A stretch of DNA of 64,000 bases, taken from an uncultured bacterium (GTDB taxonomy: Bacteria > Babelota > Babeliae > Babelales > Babelaceae). Below the pieces are notes generated by a model, which saw only the letters and a list, made by a program, of their open reading frames with translations, did not search any database and had not been told where the DNA came from. The first letter of the stretch is position 1, and every line of letters begins with the position of its first letter. The position numbers and the translations under genes are program-made. This document shows, piece after piece, positions 10,940 through 20,409 of the stretch. The stretch lies in assembly GCA_963848965.1 (NCBI GenBank), contig CAWKFG010000004.1, positions 768,001 to 832,000 on the forward strand, given 5' to 3'.

Positions 10940-11803
10940 TTAACTTGGCTTAATAACAAACTTAGCCAGCTCATTTATTACATCTTGTGGAAGCTTCTTT
11001 ATAAGATTAAAAAGTTCTCCTTGCGCTAGTAATAACTTAATGATTTCCTCGAGAGTAGCTAGCTTTCTTTCTTCTACAAATGTAGATTCACGTTGCATGT
11101 ATGCTTCTAACTCTTTTTTCCTTTCTGCTGCAATCTTAAGAGCCTGTGGCTCAACGTGTGCTCCAGAATAAATAAGGTGTTCTACCAAAGGCTTATTGAG
11201 TGTGTTTATAGCTACCAGAAGAGGTGTTTCTCTTCGCTCATTTTGAATTTCAGTACTAATACCTGCTTTTAAAAGTGAATCTACAATATTTTTAGCACGC
11301 GATCTTGGATCAGATTCCTCAGCAGCAGACCGCGGATCTTGTACTTTTAATACAAAGCTCTCTGGACTTTCTACCGCCTGCCATAAAAGAGTCTCTGCTT
11401 TTGCTCGAACTTCTGGATTACTAAAAATAGCACTTCTTAATTCTTCATGAGCTGCATGCGTTCCTAATAATGCAAGCATAAGTAGTTTAGCTTGTTGACG
11501 ATCAGTTAAAGAAGGAAATTGAGAACGGGAAAGAATCTTATTGATAATACTCTCTACCACCTCTGAAAGTTGTAGCCCTTTAAACTCCAATAAAAAAGGC
11601 TTTAAACGATGAGCAATAAGATTAATTGTGTTGTGTGTCGAAAGATAACCGTGCCTTTTTAATGTGTCTTCTATAAGGTTCTCTATGGTAGGTATAACTG
11701 GCTCTTTTTGTAGCTCTAGTGCAAATCTTGTTCTTGTAGCAGGCTCCATACCATATAAACTACAGTAACAGATAGAAATACTTATAATTAACTTTTTATT
11801 CAT
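10940..11803 (-). CDS. Secreted ankyrin protein with C-terminal F-box-like motif
   Basis: Signal peptide; ETPLLVAI...LVEHLIYSGA ankyrin; terminal IKKLPQDVINELAKFV. Confidence 0.7.
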   Translation of the reverse strand: MNKKLIISISICYCSLYGMEPATRTRFALELQKEPVIPTIENLIEDTLKRHGYLSTHNTINLIAHRLKPFLLEFKGLQLSEVVESIINKILSRSQFPSLTDRQQAKLLMLALLGTHAAHEELRSAIFSNPEVRAKAETLLWQAVESPESFVLKVQDPRSAAEESDPRSRAKNIVDSLLKAGISTEIQNERRETPLLVAINTLNKPLVEHLIYSGAHVEPQALKIAAERKKELEAYMQRESTFVEERKLATLEEIIKLLLAQGELFNLIKKLPQDVINELAKFVIKPS

Positions 11804-12024
11804 TTCTAACCTCTTTAATAAAATAATATATCTATTATAATTAATATAAGGCGATAGAACCTATAAGTCAATAATTACTGGACGGCATTGGACTCAAATT
11901 ATACTACGGAGCTAGCCACAAAGTTTGTATTTACTTTATCTTTGAGTGCATTTGATTGATGGTAAGAAATTTGATACTTTTATCCTATAATTGAGCCTTG
12001 GTATAAATTTTATAAGACCTTACT

Positions 12025-12618
12025 ATGAACCCTATTTTATTAGACTTACCAGTTCCTATTCAAACTCCCCGTCTTCATATTCGGCCTCCACAGCCAGGCG
12101 ACGGCTTACTAGTAAATCAAGCTATTTTAGAGTCGTTTGAAACTTTGCATCAATGGATGCCATGGGCCGATCATAAACCGAGTATCGCAGAATCAGAAAC
12201 ATTTGTCCGTACTGCGCAAGCACAATGGATTTTACGACAAGAGTTAACATTGTTTATCTTTGACTCTTCACAGACAACGTTCTTAGGAGCTACGGGCTTT
12301 CATACCATAAACTGGAAATTGCCGAGTTTTGAAATTGGTTATTGGATTCGTTCATCTTCTAAAGGACAAGGTATTATAACAGAAGCAACAAATGCTCTTA
12401 TAAGATACGCTTTTAGGCAACTAAAAGCAGTACGTGTAGAAATTAAATGTGATGAAGACAATACAGCAAGTAGAAGAGTTGCCGAAAAGCTCTCATTTAC
12501 CTGCGAAGGGATACTCAAAAACAGCGGGGTTAAAACAGATAATAAAACTATCCGCAATACAGTACTCTATGCTCGTTATGCTGCTGATAATCTATCATCT
12601 TTAGAAGTATCTTGGTAA
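12025..12618 (+). CDS. GNAT acetyltransferase, RimJ/RimL family
   Basis: TPRLHIR, EIGYW, GQGIITEA, NTASRRVAEKL. Confidence 0.92.
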   Translation: MNPILLDLPVPIQTPRLHIRPPQPGDGLLVNQAILESFETLHQWMPWADHKPSIAESETFVRTAQAQWILRQELTLFIFDSSQTTFLGATGFHTINWKLPSFEIGYWIRSSSKGQGIITEATNALIRYAFRQLKAVRVEIKCDEDNTASRRVAEKLSFTCEGILKNSGVKTDNKTIRNTVLYARYAADNLSSLEVSW

Positions 12619-12693
12619 AGTAGTATCTTTGCGCTGTTTATAGCACATCATTTATTATGGATAAAGTGTAAAAATACACAGAAGGATCTTTTT

Positions 12694-13491
12694 ATGGAAC
12701 AAAATGATAAAAAGCTAGAAGCTACTATCGAAGAAACAAAAAAGATATGGCAAGAGCTTGGTATATGGTGGTCAGAAAGCACACGTGAAGGCGATGCCTT
12801 TCACAAGGAATTTATTTTCCCTTATATACAAAAATTAGCTCATGTAAAAAGCGGTGATGTTGTTTTAGATGCAGGGTGTGGTAGTGGTGCATTAGCACGC
12901 ATACTTGCAAAAGAAGGTGCCAAAGTAGTGGCCGTAGATTTCAGCTCAAGCTTACTTAAACAAGCTCAAGAGTATAGCAAAGGGTTAAATATTGATTATC
13001 GAGAAGTTGATCTTACTAATACAGCACAGCTAAAAGCTCTCAGTAATGGGTCTCAATTTGATACAATCATATGTTCAATGGTGCTACAAAATATGCCTAC
13101 AATAGAGCCATTCATTGCATCATTACAACACTTATTAAAGCCCACTGGAAGCTTTATATTTTCTATTCCTCATCCGTGCTTTAATACAGAGATGGTAAAG
13201 TATAATATTTCGCAAACTAATCTTCCTGCTGGCACGTTTGTAACAACAAGTAATTATAGTACAACACAAGTATTCAGGTTAAAATCAAAACCGCATCAAC
13301 CTATAGAACAGCTTTCTTTTGATAGACCATTAACTGAGATATTTAACACTTTGCTTAAAAACAAACTTGTTATGAATGGCTTTGAAGAGCCTGTAACAAA
13401 CCCAACAAGCACGTCAGAGCATAAAGGATTCTGGCATACTTATCCTTATATTCCTCCTGTTCTTATAGCTCGTTGGATATTATTACCATAA
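12694..13491 (+). CDS. Class I SAM-dependent methyltransferase
   Basis: VLDAGCGSG, VDFS, FD.I, LKPTG, SIPHPCF. Confidence 0.92.
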   Translation: MEQNDKKLEATIEETKKIWQELGIWWSESTREGDAFHKEFIFPYIQKLAHVKSGDVVLDAGCGSGALARILAKEGAKVVAVDFSSSLLKQAQEYSKGLNIDYREVDLTNTAQLKALSNGSQFDTIICSMVLQNMPTIEPFIASLQHLLKPTGSFIFSIPHPCFNTEMVKYNISQTNLPAGTFVTTSNYSTTQVFRLKSKPHQPIEQLSFDRPLTEIFNTLLKNKLVMNGFEEPVTNPTSTSEHKGFWHTYPYIPPVLIARWILLP

Positions 13492-13576
13492 GGTTCAACT
13501 ATGCTTGGCAGTACCCACAAGGTTTTTGCTAAAAATTTCTCAACTGCAGCATAGACTATAAATGATTTATACAGTA

Positions 13577-14257
13577 TTACACCTGAATACGATATTTCTT
13601 ATCTTCTTCAAGAACAAATCTTCCTTGTAGATATTGAGCAAAATTCTGCTTTCTCAAAATAAGAGAATCATACCCAGTCTTAAGAGGCCTTAAAGCAAGT
13701 CCTTGAAGAGATTGTTCCATAGCTTTTTTAACCATTTCTAAAGAACTCGTATCCTCTGCCATAAGTTCTATTTCAAGAAATGTTCCAAGATTAACAACTT
13801 CATCTACTGTTATTTTAAATTCATCAGCTTTATAGGATTTTCTCATTTTATCAACAATACGATGTTCAATAAGCTGATTAGCTTGCTTAAGTAACTCAAA
13901 ATTAGCATTACTTAAAGTATTAAGCTCAATAATATGAAGTATTTCGTTTAATCTTCCTAAATCACTTTCACGAAATGGTAACGCAAAAGAATACTCTTCA
14001 CAATAAGGCTGTAATTCAAGCGTTGGATCTTTAATACATTCTCGATTAAACTTTATATCTACCTTTTTATTATCCCGTATTCGTATGTAAATCCCTTTCC
14101 TGATAAGATCTGCATCCTGCGTATCTAAATAAACATCAACCACCCGCTTAGTGCTTACATGCTGCAACTTTGCAGTAAAATCTGATAATTGAGAGCTATC
14201 TACTATCCCGTATCGCAGTTCTATTTCTATAGTTTTCATAGCGCTCTCCTTTTGCAT
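13577..14257 (-). CDS. CYTH-domain protein (class IV adenylate cyclase / triphosphatase superfamily)
   Basis: EIELR, DVYLD, IRIR, DEV..LGTFLEIE, GY. Confidence 0.88.
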   Translation of the reverse strand: MQKESAMKTIEIELRYGIVDSSQLSDFTAKLQHVSTKRVVDVYLDTQDADLIRKGIYIRIRDNKKVDIKFNRECIKDPTLELQPYCEEYSFALPFRESDLGRLNEILHIIELNTLSNANFELLKQANQLIEHRIVDKMRKSYKADEFKITVDEVVNLGTFLEIELMAEDTSSLEMVKKAMEQSLQGLALRPLKTGYDSLILRKQNFAQYLQGRFVLEEDKKYRIQV

Positions 14258-14434
14258 TTAGGATACACCTATACCACCAAAACCTGCTCACATTATAGCA
14301 CATTTTAAAGAGTACAAAAACAAAGCCAGTATAAAACTATGAGTAACCAACTGCTCCTTTAGTACGTTTGCAAAAATCAAAAAATACAGTAATCTTAAAG
14401 AAAAATTATTTTATTAATTCTATGAGAAAATCAC

Positions 14435-15658
14435 ATGAACAAACTAATAAAACCAGTTCTTTTACTTTTTACAACTATTTTCGTTCAGACATTGTATCCT
14501 TTTTCTTCATACCGATTACTCAAAAATGGGCAAAGTAACTATGTTCTTCTTTTAGGAGAGATTCATAACTCTGTTGCAAATCCTACAAGAACTGATGTAG
14601 AGACATTTATTCAAACTTTCCTCAAGTATGAATTGAGCAAGCCTATACCATGTGTTGTAGAGCTTGGTAAAGAAGCTCAATCTCTTTTTATGACAGGTAA
14701 GCAACCTGAGGATATAACAGTTGGTAAAACATTTGTTCAATTAGCAGAATATGCACAAACCTATAAAGATGCTCTTAGTTCTCGTCTTAGCTTTGTCCTT
14801 TACGATCCACGAGAACTTGAAAGTGACATAATCAATTCAACTAGCAGTATGCTTTCTCGAGAAATAAAAACACTTAAGTATAATTTTCTTCCTTTTCCAA
14901 ACTCTTTAGAATGGCAAGCGGATAAAAACAAGATTATTTTAACAAGTCATGAGCCGCTATCTCTTTATACTTACTTTTCAAATCTTGGAGACTATCATAG
15001 AAAAATATGTTTTATGAGAGACAGGTTTGCTCTTGACTCTCCTTTTTTACCTATTTTTAATGCTCATATTACTTCTTTAGAAAAAGCAATTTTTCAGGTG
15101 CTCAATTTATTCACTAATATAGATCCAAACATGCGACTAGAAACTGCTCTATTAACACTTTTTGACAGATGTGTCTCATTGCCTGCACAAGAAGCATGGA
15201 ATCGCTACACAGAAGTTATTAAGCTTTTGTTGGATACGGTTGATTATCCGTACGCTCAAATTATGTTTTTAGGCAAACTTCTTGAGTTACTTCAGAATTC
15301 ACGAAAAGTTATTATGATTTTAAGTGAAGATCATGCAGTAAAGCTTTCAGAATTTCTTCAAAAAGGTGGTTATACGCTTTTAAGAGAAGAAGTTATTTTT
15401 AAAGAAGCTGAAGAAAGTTTAAGGAATGCTCTTTCCGTTGGAATCGATGGTTGGCACACAGACTTAGTAAAGCTTGCTACTTTTTCTAAGCACTTAGCAG
15501 AAGAGCTTGAAATCTTCTTAGAAAAACAGTTCCCTTGTACTGTATGTCAAAAAAAGAGTGAAAAAAAAGTCTGCTCTCAATGCAGGACAACTTATTACTG
15601 TAGTAGCCAATGCCAACGATCACATTGGCCACAACATAAGTTAACATGCAAGAAGTGA
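14435..15658 (+). CDS. Secreted protein, EreA/ChaN/TIKI-like N-terminal region + C-terminal MYND finger
   Basis: Signal peptide; LLGEIH, VVE, SEDH motifs; CTVC...CSQCRTTYYCSSQCQRSHWPQHKLTC. Confidence 0.75.
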   Translation: MNKLIKPVLLLFTTIFVQTLYPFSSYRLLKNGQSNYVLLLGEIHNSVANPTRTDVETFIQTFLKYELSKPIPCVVELGKEAQSLFMTGKQPEDITVGKTFVQLAEYAQTYKDALSSRLSFVLYDPRELESDIINSTSSMLSREIKTLKYNFLPFPNSLEWQADKNKIILTSHEPLSLYTYFSNLGDYHRKICFMRDRFALDSPFLPIFNAHITSLEKAIFQVLNLFTNIDPNMRLETALLTLFDRCVSLPAQEAWNRYTEVIKLLLDTVDYPYAQIMFLGKLLELLQNSRKVIMILSEDHAVKLSEFLQKGGYTLLREEVIFKEAEESLRNALSVGIDGWHTDLVKLATFSKHLAEELEIFLEKQFPCTVCQKKSEKKVCSQCRTTYYCSSQCQRSHWPQHKLTCKK

Positions 15659-15668
15659 CATACTTTAA

Positions 15669-15691
15669 GCTGCCACCTCAATAGTGGCAGC
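15669..15691. terminator. Hairpin between convergent genes
   Basis: gctgccac-N7-gtggcagc. Confidence 0.55.
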
Positions 15692-15697
15692 ACTGTG

Positions 15698-18600
15698 TCA
15701 TTTTTTATCTGTTTTCTTTTTTATCTCATCTTTTAGAAGCTTGATAACGTGTTTATCCTTCCAAAACTCTGCAAGCTGCATAACATCTTGTCCTGTTGAG
15801 CATCTCAGTGATACATCAAGATGAGGAACTTTTAAAAGCATTTTTATTATCTCTAATTTATTTGCTCTATACTCGCTCATTATACCCTTATTTTTTTGTA
15901 TAAAAGTTTTCTTTGCTTCACTCAATATTTTATGAGGCTCAACTTGGCAAGCACTCATAAGCGGAGTTGCTTTTTGTGCATAGGTCTGAATATTAACATC
16001 TGCCTTATGAGCAAGAAGAAGTGCTGCTATTTCTTTGAGGCCCAGAGAACATGCATAATGTAAAGCAGTACAACCTGTATCATCTTGGCTATCAACAGAG
16101 GCTCCAGAATCAAGCAGAAGCTTAACCACCTCTGGTAAGTCATGTTGTACTGCCCATCCAAGTGCAGTACGTCTTAGATTATCAACTTTATTTACATCAG
16201 CTTTATGTTCAACTAAAAGCCGAACAACTGCTTCTCTTTGTGCCTTTGTAAGCACATCATGAGGAGCTGAACACATACATATGAGTGCTGTTCTTCCATC
16301 TCTTGCACTTATATTAGTATCTGCATTATGTGTAAGAAGAAGTTTCATAATAGAGGAGTGTCCATAACTACTTGCTACCATTAAAGCAGTTAATCCTTCA
16401 TTATTTTGCCTATTAACATCAGCATGATAGTCAAGCAAGAGTTTAACACGTACTTCATTATTATTCTGGCAGCATAGTATAAGAGGTGTGTTACCTTGCT
16501 CATTTGCGCAATTAACATTAGCCTTTTGCTCGAGTAACAACTGAGCTACTTCTTTGTGATTATGCTGACAAGCAAGTAACAAAGGAGTTGTTACTGGAGC
16601 TTCATTTGCAGTAAAGCGTAAAAGCGAAGAAAATAATCCTTGTCGTGGCAACGATCCATTAACACATGCTCCATTTTTAATGAGCATACGCGCAATCTCA
16701 GCGTTACCTGACCTTGCAGCCCCGTTAAGAGCAGTCTGCCCACTAGCAGTTACTGCATTACTATCTGCACCATAGTTTATAAGAAGACGCACCACTTCTG
16801 GATTAGGCTCTGGTAAATGACATGCAATTATAAGAGCAGTAATACCCTCTTTAGCTCTCTGATTTACGTCAGCACCATATTTAAGAAGCGTCTCAATAAT
16901 AGCGCTATCTACTTCTTGTAAAACAGCTTGCAGCAGTAGGGGATTACCAGTTGCTGGATCTACAATCATAGTATTTAAGTTTGGCTTTACTATCCCAAGA
17001 ATTTTCTTTAGATCATCAGCAGTACCGCCATAGAGACAAACAAGAGGTACTAATGCTGGAAGATTACTTTTATCAATACGGAGGAATTTATCATCTTTCA
17101 TAGTTCCATTACGCACAGCCTCTTGCATATGGGGGTCTTGCAATGAATCCTTAATCCTAGACACAAAAGTGAAAAAATGTTGTGCTAAAACGAATAAGAG
17201 GCTATCAGGAAATTCTTCAAAGCCTATGCAAACCTTATAGTTCCCTTCAAATACTGCATAAGTAAATAGTACCGACAAAGTATCCTTATGGTAATGATCT
17301 ACTATATAGTTCAAAGAATCAAATTCGGTATGTTTCATAAGATCTTGTAAAGGAACAGATATCCTCTTTAAAAGGTGTTCAAGAAGTTGTGGAGCACGAT
17401 TCTTTACCAAGGTAGCAAGAACATGCGCTTTAACTTTAAGAGAAAGCGATACAAAATCTATCTCTTTATCAAGAGCATCAAAAAGCGCTTGACTATTAGT
17501 GTGCGGTGCTTGACATACCTTCCCTAATAAAGCAGTTAACTGCTGCATTCCATAAACTTCAAGCAGCTTTTGGATACCGCTCGATATATGCTTTGTTATA
17601 GTAAATGCATTTTTGCTTTCGTGACTGCGCAGAAATACAGAAGCTCCTTTAACAAGAAGCTTTTCTACTAAAGATGCTTTACCACCTTGTATAGCTATTA
17701 TAAGAGCTGTTATACCTTTCTTATCTTGTTGATCTATAATAAGATCCTGCTTTGAAAGGAGTATAGCAACTGCTTCTTCATTATTACGCTCTACAGCAAC
17801 CATAAGCGCGGTTCTACCAAGAGGGTCACTATAGTTACTAGTAGTAGATCTATCTTTTTGAAGAGTCTCAACATCATTGCAATAAGCTGCAATCATTAAA
17901 GGTGAATAGCCCAGTCTTTGTAAGCGCTCTACTTCGCTTTTTTGTTCTTGCAAAAGCGTAGTACGCTGTTTTTCCTGTTTTGCATATTCTTCTTGGGTTA
18001 TATGCGATTGTAATTCTTTTAAAGCATTGCTATCAGCAGGTGCATAATTTATAGCAGTTTTACCAGAATTATCTTGCTCATGAAGTTGTAGACCTTTTTT
18101 ATAAAGGTAAGTAATAAGTGATGCATGATCTGATAGAGCTGCTATCATAAGAGCATTTTGACCTTTACCATTTTTGTATGGTAAAACAGAAGGATAGAAA
18201 GTAAGAAGCTGCTCAATGACAGGAAGTACATTATATCGTATTGCCTCTAAGAAGAGCTCTCCAGCCTGAGTCTGAGAAAAATTGATAACACGCTTTTCTA
18301 TAAAAGATAAAAAATATCCAAGAGAGCCTGCGTTTTGCAAAGCTTTTGTCAACGCATAGGGGTAATTAATACCGATGAATGCAAGAAGATTAGTATAATT
18401 TCCTCGTTGTTCTTTATACTGAACTTCGAGGAGTTTTAAGAACCATTCTTCAATAAGCTCTCTTTTTAGAGAGTGATGTTGTATGAGAGTTGAAAATATG
18501 CCTATATTTCTAGTAAATGCTAACGTAAGTGCTTCATGATATACTTCAGGAGCTCTCTGTAATGGTGCTTTTAACAACTGTTCTACAACAGTAGCTTTAC

Positions 18601-20155
18601 TCTCTTTTACCGCAAATAAGAATATTTTATTGAGTATTTTTTCTTCTAAAGAGTTCAATGCTTGTAACGATGAACGAGAGATAGTTCCTTTAAGAATTTC
18701 TTCTTTAAGAGTTTGAAGAAATACTTCTTGCTTTTTTTGTTGCTCTTTATGCTCTGCTAATGCTTTCTTTTCTTTCTCCTTCTCATGTAAAAGAGAAACT
18801 ATTTCTTGAATATTAAGCTGAGTAGCAAGCATATATGCTGTTTCTTCACGTTGGTTTCTTATTGTACAATAATCTGCTTGATGGTCTAATAAGCATTTTG
18901 CAAGCGAAACATTATGATGTGCAAGAGCATGCATAAGTGCAGTATATCCATCACTGTCTTGCGCATTTAACAAACTGCCCTTTTTTAACGTAGCTTCAAT
19001 AAAGGCTTTGCAAGCTTCTAGTTCTTCTTTTGCTAAAGTATGATGCTTAATTGCGTATATAAGAGGGGTACAACCATAATTATCAGAAGTGTTTACATCA
19101 GCACCAAGATAAAGCAACAGCTCTGCGATATCGTACAGCTTTCTTTGTAATGCTCTCATTAAAGGAGTTTCGCCCTTCTTATTCGCTTTATTAATGACAG
19201 CTTGATGTGCAAGCCCAAGAACGGCTTCATACACTTCAGAATCGATAGCATAATGTAACGCCGTATTTCCGACATTGTCTTGTTCCTCTAACAAAATCCC
19301 TCGCTCTAAAAATACATTAATAAGATCACATCTACCTGCTTGAGCTGCAAGCATTAAAGCAGTTTGACCTTTCTCATTTTTTACCTCTATAGCAGACTCT
19401 TCAAGAAGATCTATAACCGAGTAGAGTGAACAATCCTGTTGTGAAAGTATTTTAAATAGTTCTGTAGGCGTTTCTTGCTTATTCTCTCTTACGGTAAGAT
19501 TCTCAGCTCTTTGCTGTACGGCTATCGTTTCTAATGATCCCAAAAGTACTTTTTTTGTTTCTTTTACAATAGGATGAATGGTAAGAATATGAGTACGCAA
19601 GGACTTGTGAAGAACAAGTTTAAGAGGAACTCGTGCAAGATCGTACAGAGCTTTCATAGTAATAGAATAAGTATGTTCTGCTTGCGGTAACGGCATACTT
19701 TCATAAACGCTTTGTTCAGCTAATTCTTGTATATAGGTAGCAACAGCTTTTAAGCTCCAGGTAGAAGGGAAAAAGCTTTTTGGTTGAGCATATACCTTCC
19801 CTTGGTAGATTATATATCCAGTATGAAACGTAGAGATATCGTTGTACGTAAAAATCCAGAGATGTTTATTTACCTTAATAAGAGTTCCATTCAGTACCTC
19901 TTCTATCTTTGGGTTAGTATGTCCATAATAGTGAAATCCTGATATTTTATCATCTTTTTCAAAAGATACTCTTTGATATGTCGTAATATGTTTAAGCACA
20001 TCTTTTAGGGGTAAAATATAGTGATGGCCTCCTAAAGAAAGAGAAATGAGAGAGCTAAAGACATCTGAGCTCTTTTCAGGAGCTTGCATAGTATAGGTGC
20101 TAACACCTATACCTAAAGTGAGTAGAATAAGACAAAAAAAGCGTTGTATATGCAT
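15698..20155 (-). CDS. 1485-aa secreted ankyrin-repeat protein with N-terminal EndoU-like nuclease domain
   Basis: Signal peptide; LKHI...ISGFH...KSFFPSTWS...ILTIHPI; several blocks of GxTAL/TPL ankyrin repeats. Confidence 0.85.
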   Translation of the reverse strand: MHIQRFFCLILLTLGIGVSTYTMQAPEKSSDVFSSLISLSLGGHHYILPLKDVLKHITTYQRVSFEKDDKISGFHYYGHTNPKIEEVLNGTLIKVNKHLWIFTYNDISTFHTGYIIYQGKVYAQPKSFFPSTWSLKAVATYIQELAEQSVYESMPLPQAEHTYSITMKALYDLARVPLKLVLHKSLRTHILTIHPIVKETKKVLLGSLETIAVQQRAENLTVRENKQETPTELFKILSQQDCSLYSVIDLLEESAIEVKNEKGQTALMLAAQAGRCDLINVFLERGILLEEQDNVGNTALHYAIDSEVYEAVLGLAHQAVINKANKKGETPLMRALQRKLYDIAELLLYLGADVNTSDNYGCTPLIYAIKHHTLAKEELEACKAFIEATLKKGSLLNAQDSDGYTALMHALAHHNVSLAKCLLDHQADYCTIRNQREETAYMLATQLNIQEIVSLLHEKEKEKKALAEHKEQQKKQEVFLQTLKEEILKGTISRSSLQALNSLEEKILNKIFLFAVKESKATVVEQLLKAPLQRAPEVYHEALTLAFTRNIGIFSTLIQHHSLKRELIEEWFLKLLEVQYKEQRGNYTNLLAFIGINYPYALTKALQNAGSLGYFLSFIEKRVINFSQTQAGELFLEAIRYNVLPVIEQLLTFYPSVLPYKNGKGQNALMIAALSDHASLITYLYKKGLQLHEQDNSGKTAINYAPADSNALKELQSHITQEEYAKQEKQRTTLLQEQKSEVERLQRLGYSPLMIAAYCNDVETLQKDRSTTSNYSDPLGRTALMVAVERNNEEAVAILLSKQDLIIDQQDKKGITALIIAIQGGKASLVEKLLVKGASVFLRSHESKNAFTITKHISSGIQKLLEVYGMQQLTALLGKVCQAPHTNSQALFDALDKEIDFVSLSLKVKAHVLATLVKNRAPQLLEHLLKRISVPLQDLMKHTEFDSLNYIVDHYHKDTLSVLFTYAVFEGNYKVCIGFEEFPDSLLFVLAQHFFTFVSRIKDSLQDPHMQEAVRNGTMKDDKFLRIDKSNLPALVPLVCLYGGTADDLKKILGIVKPNLNTMIVDPATGNPLLLQAVLQEVDSAIIETLLKYGADVNQRAKEGITALIIACHLPEPNPEVVRLLINYGADSNAVTASGQTALNGAARSGNAEIARMLIKNGACVNGSLPRQGLFSSLLRFTANEAPVTTPLLLACQHNHKEVAQLLLEQKANVNCANEQGNTPLILCCQNNNEVRVKLLLDYHADVNRQNNEGLTALMVASSYGHSSIMKLLLTHNADTNISARDGRTALICMCSAPHDVLTKAQREAVVRLLVEHKADVNKVDNLRRTALGWAVQHDLPEVVKLLLDSGASVDSQDDTGCTALHYACSLGLKEIAALLLAHKADVNIQTYAQKATPLMSACQVEPHKILSEAKKTFIQKNKGIMSEYRANKLEIIKMLLKVPHLDVSLRCSTGQDVMQLAEFWKDKHVIKLLKDEIKKKTDKK

Positions 20156-20360
20156 AGTATTAATCCTTATAGCTATTATAAAAAGGGATTTTTAAGTATA
20201 AAGAATATATAAATAATGTCAATATTTTATATTATTATATTTTTACAATTATAATACATTTTATATTAAATTTTCTTTTTGGAAATAAAATAACTGAGAC
20301 ATTTTATACAAAAAAGTAAGATCGCTTTATATCCCTTTTCTTTTTGTTACCGGCAAGCAA

Positions 20361-20385
20361 AAGAGCCCTCTTTATGAGGGCTCTT
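20361..20385 (-). terminator. Probable intrinsic terminator
   Basis: aagagccctc-tttat-gagggctctt, downstream of the glycosyltransferase gene. Confidence 0.6.
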
Positions 20386-20409
20386 ATTATATACATGTCT
20401 TTTATTATA

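Noticed and set aside
12025..13491. GNAT and methyltransferase as lasso tailoring or resistance genes
   Set aside because: More than 11 kb from the cluster with unrelated genes between.
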